In this document: positions 60,701 through 64,000 of the stretch, piece after piece | Layout of the letters: each line of letters starts with the position of its first letter | Numbering within the stretch: the stretch's first letter is position 1 | DNA from: Phycisphaerales bacterium | GTDB taxonomy: Bacteria > Planctomycetota > Phycisphaerae > Phycisphaerales > UBA1924 | DNA length: 64,000 bases | Assembly: GCA_039794165.1 (NCBI GenBank) | Contig: JBDIVY010000001.1 | Coordinates: forward strand, 271,634 to 335,633 | Direction: 5' to 3' | The notes under the pieces: model-generated | What the model saw: the letters and a program-made list of their open reading frames with translations, nothing else | Database searches by the model: none | Told to the model about the DNA's origin: nothing | Made by a program: the position numbers and the translations under genes

Positions 60701-61044
60701 TCGATGCCGTCGTCGTACGTCGCGTTCCCGCTCCCGTCGAGCGTGAGCAGCGGCGCATCGTCGAAGTCCGGCCACCCGGGCACGTTCGTGAGGAGCATCC
60801 GGTTCTCGAGGTGCTCAAGAGGTGCGGAGCGAGCACGATCGCCGAGCGCTCGTCCTGCCCGCTTGCGCACGCGGCTCGCGGGAGCGGCGCTCGCGTTCGC
60901 GGTGGCGTGTGCGAAGGTGCTACGGCGCTCCCATCGGCTCATTCGAATGCTCCCGTCTGTCGCCGTCGTGTCGGCGTGGTTCGGCGTCCCTGTGGGCCAT
61001 CCGTCGTTGGCCGCCCGTTGTGCGCCCCGCGTCGGCTGGGGCAC
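54778..61044 (-). CDS. Giant (2088 aa) extracellular protein: about 10 tandem PPC (pre-peptidase C-terminal)-like modules plus four C-terminal beta-sandwich-like modules
   Basis: Uninterrupted ORF. Recurrent unit DDH(P/A)...AT.I....G.I....D.D(L/V)F.F....G...V.V......G.Y.L.V (e.g. TDTDLFRFTAPAGGLARITV...TGAYTITMLVPPIDDHP). N-terminal LEHLENRMLL motif. Possible alternative start at Met35 (60942). Confidence 0.85.
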   Translation of the reverse strand: MPQPTRGAQRAANDGWPTGTPNHADTTATDGSIRMSRWERRSTFAHATANASAAPASRVRKRAGRALGDRARSAPLEHLENRMLLTNVPGWPDFDDAPLLTLDGSGNATYDDGIDFEGDDDLYRLDVTTSDFITVLADAVKGAGQSQADFNARVDTRLEIYDRNQALILSASNSGTLSAGTPTEAWVGFVPTTGHFDPQTNIATYFIRVMSDQQTGDNATGDYTLRVSTQSTLITPSPSEGAVTTNGNLNRQLQDRIFRLETGSTDAFNSLVTAVATANAAQLDTRLDVYNAAGQFIAGDSQTAFLTNAYTSFKGDPSSTYYVRVRSDEFAPGRPWAGNFSLYTDASASGISLDPVRRYGFVGFTGVNGGGIESHAFVSLGTGRTIISATGVGMAFVVDPTMRLHGPDGNLIAISTDFFGASPQLDVDLIGGETYFVTIDAFVSGGATYAIQIESPHTLNTGNVDDHANAGDFPNATPIVWNWIGDTTPRAANDPAQFNPFIPGWTYAPVDDHAQVFTGHATGRLHSEPDTDLFAFVPPVDMLGDFAGRADTRSQDDGGTDDRVWWEGYRPSTRVEIQVMMYPDDIVDPLHPPFNFLNTQIRVFDSLGEVVYPTGGPFNDFIFNPSMGGEPAGMIDPARYPKQFINGDPWFDVPTFNGAVIGIEAWAGETYYLEVSGTGSGRYSVEVIVDASFDPTDPANIVDPMQGTIGEGDFNGSPFSRIKEFTNAGQWTAAAKINLNPATGDGVAPIGGPSGWFDRSAHYERAYSINGAVIPEGFPGFYQDPELVVDGIGILQESSGGVIMHPNDTDLYFITAPRNGFAEVRINSTGITRFFDEIEVDWDERPDQEKAEEPTVRTVTKSKTYNSNFHSAIRIFNRDLEEIVFNAGNPAMVGVTEAAFIGTLGTFTFHERDARVSFPVVQGEVYYIQVEAGQRDAYTAWLDDPTLPVQWQHLTGAYNLLVHTVPATNNTLNGTPTLAIDDEGVATFSNTASAATPDLLNFISPVNGTATLQVNRAQGSALIPDVVVYRLEDGAANPFAFGTAASDGQLTLTFPVAKGERFFIEIGAGGGTSGVYDLTLSGLRYADDHAMWLDVANATEVEVFDFLGSGSATGRIEGSGDSDVFKVRTRDFAQFTATANSLTQGFNPRLDVYETSVDPAGNTILLRIGSNDDISGTDTNAQVIFAVNADRISDDTGLEYPWYYLVVRGSNANTDFGDYRLDIGFPPTDDHPDEGQFDLATPIGVDSGTGEGSASGIIEVPTDTDLFRFTAPAGGLARITVSRPTGSTFLPKVSLLDSSGNDVVSPVDGVIPATIQGQVVRGQTYFVLIEPSTIASDSQSTGAYTITMLVPPIDDHPNANEWFLATPIPLASTTGDGTVGTMTMGHPSNPTIAPLGDSDLFTFLTIADGFVTVTLTPLDTTLIAMTAKLSIFDADFNLVTDDVSVNPVIGTAPGEAVAIVLTNTFINQRYYILVEANLNNRTGEYHLHVDGPPGDGSDDGDGDVDFDNPTVITLSSEDGNGSISGVISRPGERDLFTFNTLGAGRVYVQVVTPTGSLLDASLTILNAPDFQAVHAFDATGIPGATANLAYDATGAGQQFWILVSGLGNGVGSYTLRLDTPPAVFKLYNPEGFTGSTIREFVSLNNPNPFPVTYTIILRYETGDRDQVIVQNETIAAGSRGGVTISDAANGSPVGARTEPYSIIVESIGGPLAATIARYDFNSAIGEAFTNRISTIWTFARVERVPGSIFDFIVFYNPFDFDVNVAFTANDPNGNEVSFTSTVGALRRGGWNINEISALPTGVFGARVTAAAADPANAAAFRGIVAALSHYDSPGMTGFGSLGDYTGGSTVGAVPGLTNGNGSTAELVLYNSNPVPASVTIRGRYTRVALPDVVKSVEIPARGTLVLAGDDLGFAVGQPVGVRFTSNVPVSAFGSERRSGEGHDVRGTNVAATGWFFGDAFINTVLAGESYFETLTLYNPTPVSTNVSVRLLFLDGTDDTLIVPVGARAFTEVRLHEVLGSAFEANANRPAHFDPFSILGRPGLNFFSISASAPIPIIVGFSHYDLFLRGGWGTGGAPFGLTNAVPTLG

Positions 61045-61299
61045 GCGTCGTGCGTGGGCGGGGTGTCGGGCCGGCTCGGGCGGCGGGGTGTGTCGTGGGC
61101 TGGCCCCGCTGGCCGGGGCCTTTCGGCCGGCTGCCGCATCAGCGTATCACAAACCGCATCGGCGCGTCCAGCGTATTGGGCCGGGTTCCGCCGAGGAGTT
61201 TGTTCGGCCCCCGCCTCGCGCGGGAGCGGCGGGCACCCCCTGTGCCCCACGATCGGACTGTTCGGCCTGCGGGCATCGAAGGTTCCCCGGGTTCCTGCC

Positions 61300-62043
61300 T
61301 CAGTTCGCCAGTGCCCGCCGGGCAGCCCCCTCCGCGAGTACGGCCACGGCGTCAAAGACCGGCAGCGGGGACTGCTCCCCCGTGACCAGCAGGGGGGCCT
61401 CGGAGCAGCCCAGAATCACGCCCTCACACCCCCTCGCGCCGAGGGTGGCGATGATGTCCAGGACCTTCCGCTGCGATTCGGGCACCTGCCGGCCGTAGAT
61501 CAGTTCGTTGAAAATGATGGCGTTGATGGCCTCCGCGTCCCGCTCGTCGGGGGTGAGGACATGGATGCCCTTGAGGCCGAGCACGGTCTGGTAGGTGGAC
61601 CCGGCCATGACCAGCCGGGTGCCGATGAGGCCGACGGTTCGGAGCCTGGCCTCGACAATGGACTCGGCGACGAGGTCGGTAATTGTGAGCCACGGGATGG
61701 GCGAGCCGACCTCGGCCAGTTGGATGGCGTGCTGGACGGCGTTGTCTGGCGTGAGGCAGAACTCCGCGCCGCACCCGGCCAGTTTCTCGGCAGACCGTCG
61801 AAGCAGGCCGCCGATCCGCATCCAGTCGCCGACCTGGAGAGCGTCGATGTAGGCGCCGAGCGGCTCGTTATGGATGGAAATACGGGGGTGGTCCCGCGGG
61901 GCGAGTTCCTGGGGCGGAATGGTCGCGAGCCGCCGGGAGAGGCTGCGGTAGAACAGGGCGGCACCCTCGGGGCTGACCGCAGCGATGCCGATGTGACGTG
62001 GCACTTGCGGTGCATCCCTTCCCGAGCCGGCCCGGCTCGCCAT
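61300..62043 (-). CDS. Asp/Glu/hydantoin racemase-family protein (aspartate racemase-like)
   Basis: HIGIAAVSPEGAALFY..., GAEFCLTPDNAVQH and GVILGCSEAPLLV, with two Cys-containing motifs in the racemase arrangement. The start may be the internal GTG (62004). Confidence 0.78.
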   Translation of the reverse strand: MASRAGSGRDAPQVPRHIGIAAVSPEGAALFYRSLSRRLATIPPQELAPRDHPRISIHNEPLGAYIDALQVGDWMRIGGLLRRSAEKLAGCGAEFCLTPDNAVQHAIQLAEVGSPIPWLTITDLVAESIVEARLRTVGLIGTRLVMAGSTYQTVLGLKGIHVLTPDERDAEAINAIIFNELIYGRQVPESQRKVLDIIATLGARGCEGVILGCSEAPLLVTGEQSPLPVFDAVAVLAEGAARRALAN

Positions 62044-62111
62044 CCCTCCATCCTCGACGGGCGGCGGGCGGATGTCAACGGGGGAGTTTGGCTGGGGGTC
62101 TAGAGTGGTGG

Positions 62112-62621
62112 GTGGACCCCTTCGAAACCCTCGGACTTCCGGCTCGATTTGATCTCAACGAAGGCACCATCCGCCGGGCGTACCTGGCGAGGGTGGGAGC
62201 CGTCCACCCGGATGCGGCGGGGGGCGAAGGCGAGCAGGCCTCGGCCCTGAACGAGGCACGGGCAATCCTGAGCGACCCCGAGCGGCGGGCGAATGCGCTG
62301 CTCGCTCGCCTGGGTGGGCCGACCAGGGAGTCGGACCGGTCGCTGCCGGATGGGTTCCTTGCCGGCATGATGGCGGTGCGCGAGGAGGTCGAATCCGACC
62401 TGGCGATGGGCGGAGACGAGGCTCGTCGGCGGTGGGAGGCGTGGGCCAGGGATCGACGGTCGGAATACGAGCGCCGCGCAGCCGAAGCGTTCGCCGGACT
62501 GGGCGACCCGCCCGCCGCGGCGGGATTGCGTGCGATTCGCTCGGAACTGAACGCGTGGCGGTACGTCGAGCGTCTGATCGAGCAACTCGACCCGCAGTAT
62601 GATGCGACCCGCGAGGCCTGA
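62112..62621 (+). CDS. hscB: J-domain Fe-S cluster co-chaperone HscB-like protein
   Basis: DPFETLGLPARFDLNEGTIRRAYLARVGAVHPD (HPD motif)...NEARAILSDPERRANALL... plus a C-terminal helical domain, colinear with E. coli HscB. The start is uncertain (GTG 62112 or TTG 62088). Confidence 0.65.
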   Translation: MDPFETLGLPARFDLNEGTIRRAYLARVGAVHPDAAGGEGEQASALNEARAILSDPERRANALLARLGGPTRESDRSLPDGFLAGMMAVREEVESDLAMGGDEARRRWEAWARDRRSEYERRAAEAFAGLGDPPAAAGLRAIRSELNAWRYVERLIEQLDPQYDATREA

Positions 62622-62687
62622 GCGGGGAGGACGAACTGCTCTGGCCCGGAGACCCGGCCTGGGCGGCTTTCTGCCCCGGCGAACGAC

Positions 62688-63968
62688 ATGCCCTTCGCTG
62701 ACCTTCCCCTGATTCTGACGCTTCCGGTGCTCGTGGTCGTCTCCGCGCTCTGCTCGGGGAGCGAGACGGCGGTCTTCGGCATGACGCACGCGGAGCGGGT
62801 TCGCCTGCGTCAGCGCAGCCCGGGGTCGGCGGCCGCGCTGGCGTGGCTGCTGGAGAAGCCGCGCCGGCCGCTCATCACGATCCTGCTGCTGAACATGGTT
62901 GCGAACGGGGGGTACTTCGTGGTTTCCTCCGTGCTCGCGCTCCGGAGCGACTCGGTCGGCGTGCGGATCGCGCTGAGTGCGGTATCGCTGATCGCGATCG
63001 TGCTGATCGGGGAGATTCTGGCGAAACTGGTGGCGTCGGCGCACCGCACGACGTGGTGCGTCGTGGCGGCGCGCCCGCTGGTGCTCGTGGTGCGGGGGCT
63101 TGGCCCGGTCGTCGGTTTCATCGATGGGTGGCTGGTCGCGCCGCTGTCTCGGCTCGTGCTGCCGCGAAAGGGCGGCGGGGCGCGGGGCCGGCTCTCGGCG
63201 GAGGAGCTGGAAACCCTGATCGACCACAGCGCGCGGCGGGGCGTGATCGACCCCGGGGAACAGCAACTGCTCGCGGACGTGCTCGGGCTTGGCGAGCGGC
63301 GCGTCCGCGAGGTGATGGTGCCGCGGCAGGACGTGCGTTGGGTGGACGCCGACGCGACGCCGGACGAGGTTCGCGCCGCCGTCGAGGAGACGGGGCACAC
63401 GACGCTGCCGGTCGCGCGCGGCTCGCTCGACGAGGGCGTCATGGGGATGCTCGACGTGAAGCGGTACCTGGTGGCGTGCGATCGGTCGGGAACGACCGCT
63501 GTCTCGTCGCACCTGCGGCCCGCGCGCTTTGTGCCGGAGAACGCCAGGCTCGATCGGCTGCTCGAACGCTTCCGCGAGGCGGAGACGAGCGTTGCCGTAT
63601 GCGTCGATGAGCACGGCGGCGTATCGGGGCTGATTTCGATCGAGGACGTCGTCGAGGAACTGGTGAGCCATCAGCCCGATGCCGAGGGCGAGCCGGACAG
63701 CGAGGTCCGCTCGCTCGGGAACGGGCGGTGGCTGGTGCCCGGGCGGCTGGGCGTGCGCGAGTGGGCCGAACTGCTCGGCGTAGAGACGGCGCTCCTGGGC
63801 GCGCACCCCAGAGTGGCGACGGTGGCGGGCCTGCTGATCGCCCGCCTCGGACGCATCCCGGCGGTCGGGGACGAGGTCTCCATCGGCAACGTCCGGCTCC
63901 GCGCTGAGTCGGCGCGCGACCGTGTGGTGGACACGGTGCTGGTCACGCTCGAGGGGGGTGCGGCGTGA
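62688..63968 (+). CDS. CNNM/HlyC-CorC family transporter (DUF21 membrane domain, CBS pair, CorC_HlyC domain)
   Basis: ALCSGSETAVF, LLLNMVANG, EILAKL, RVREVMVPRQDV, VCVDEHGGVSGLISIEDVVEELV. The C-terminal domain is present. Confidence 0.88.
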   Translation: MPFADLPLILTLPVLVVVSALCSGSETAVFGMTHAERVRLRQRSPGSAAALAWLLEKPRRPLITILLLNMVANGGYFVVSSVLALRSDSVGVRIALSAVSLIAIVLIGEILAKLVASAHRTTWCVVAARPLVLVVRGLGPVVGFIDGWLVAPLSRLVLPRKGGGARGRLSAEELETLIDHSARRGVIDPGEQQLLADVLGLGERRVREVMVPRQDVRWVDADATPDEVRAAVEETGHTTLPVARGSLDEGVMGMLDVKRYLVACDRSGTTAVSSHLRPARFVPENARLDRLLERFREAETSVAVCVDEHGGVSGLISIEDVVEELVSHQPDAEGEPDSEVRSLGNGRWLVPGRLGVREWAELLGVETALLGAHPRVATVAGLLIARLGRIPAVGDEVSIGNVRLRAESARDRVVDTVLVTLEGGAA

Positions 63969-64000
63969 CGGCGCAGGAGACGCTGTTCTGGGCGGCGCTG
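63965..64000 (+). CDS. 5' end of a further ORF (possibly a second CNNM-type paralogue), cut by the window edge
   Basis: GTG overlaps the preceding stop (GTGA). Only 12 codons are visible (VTAQETLFWAAL). Confidence 0.25.
   Translation, partial: MTAQETLFWAAL

Overview
This is a very GC-rich bacterial chromosomal segment that is almost fully coding. Composition was judged by eye, not computed. I saw no rRNA, tRNA, CRISPR array or transposase. Protein signatures point to Planctomycetota, probably Phycisphaerae: C-terminal 'GC-type dockerin-like' modules, an LE-x-LE-x-R-x-LL N-terminal motif on a giant surface protein, and many FG-GAP and PPC repeats. This taxonomic call is inference, not a search result.

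Content from left to right:
- Nitrate respiration and molybdenum cofactor: napD-napA (periplasmic nitrate reductase) diverges from a tetrahaem-c / Tat-FeS / NrfD-type quinol module. That module is followed by an unknown ORF and tryptophanase. A near-complete molybdenum cofactor gene set comes next (moaA, mobA, mog, moaC, moeA, moaD, moaE).
- Type IV filament locus: about 12 kb on one strand, opened by a histidine kinase and a STAS protein. It continues through an MshE/GspE-like ATPase, PilC, PilMNO, a PilP/GspC-like protein, a major pilin and four minor pseudopilins. The last pseudopilin carries a LamG-like domain.
- Envelope genes: xerC flanked by octamer tandem repeats, then a TolB-like protein plus a lipoprotein. 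kdsD-kdsC are followed by a 1034-aa protein that looks like a fused LptC/multi-LptA bridge.
- Housekeeping genes: nuoC, scpA, an aminotransferase, rpsO-pnp, csp, gap and hscB.
- Tryptophan catabolism: kynA-kynU.
- Periplasmic thiol-redox genes: three genes.
- Surface proteins: several, including a 2088-aa PPC-repeat giant.

Many long ORFs in the supplied track are antisense artefacts of the high GC content. The most interesting candidates are the kinase/STAS-gated filament locus with a lectin-tipped minor pilin, the giant Lpt-like bridge protein, the non-canonical Nap electron-input module, and the dockerin-like anchoring modules. All functional calls rest on motif recognition by eye and on gene context.
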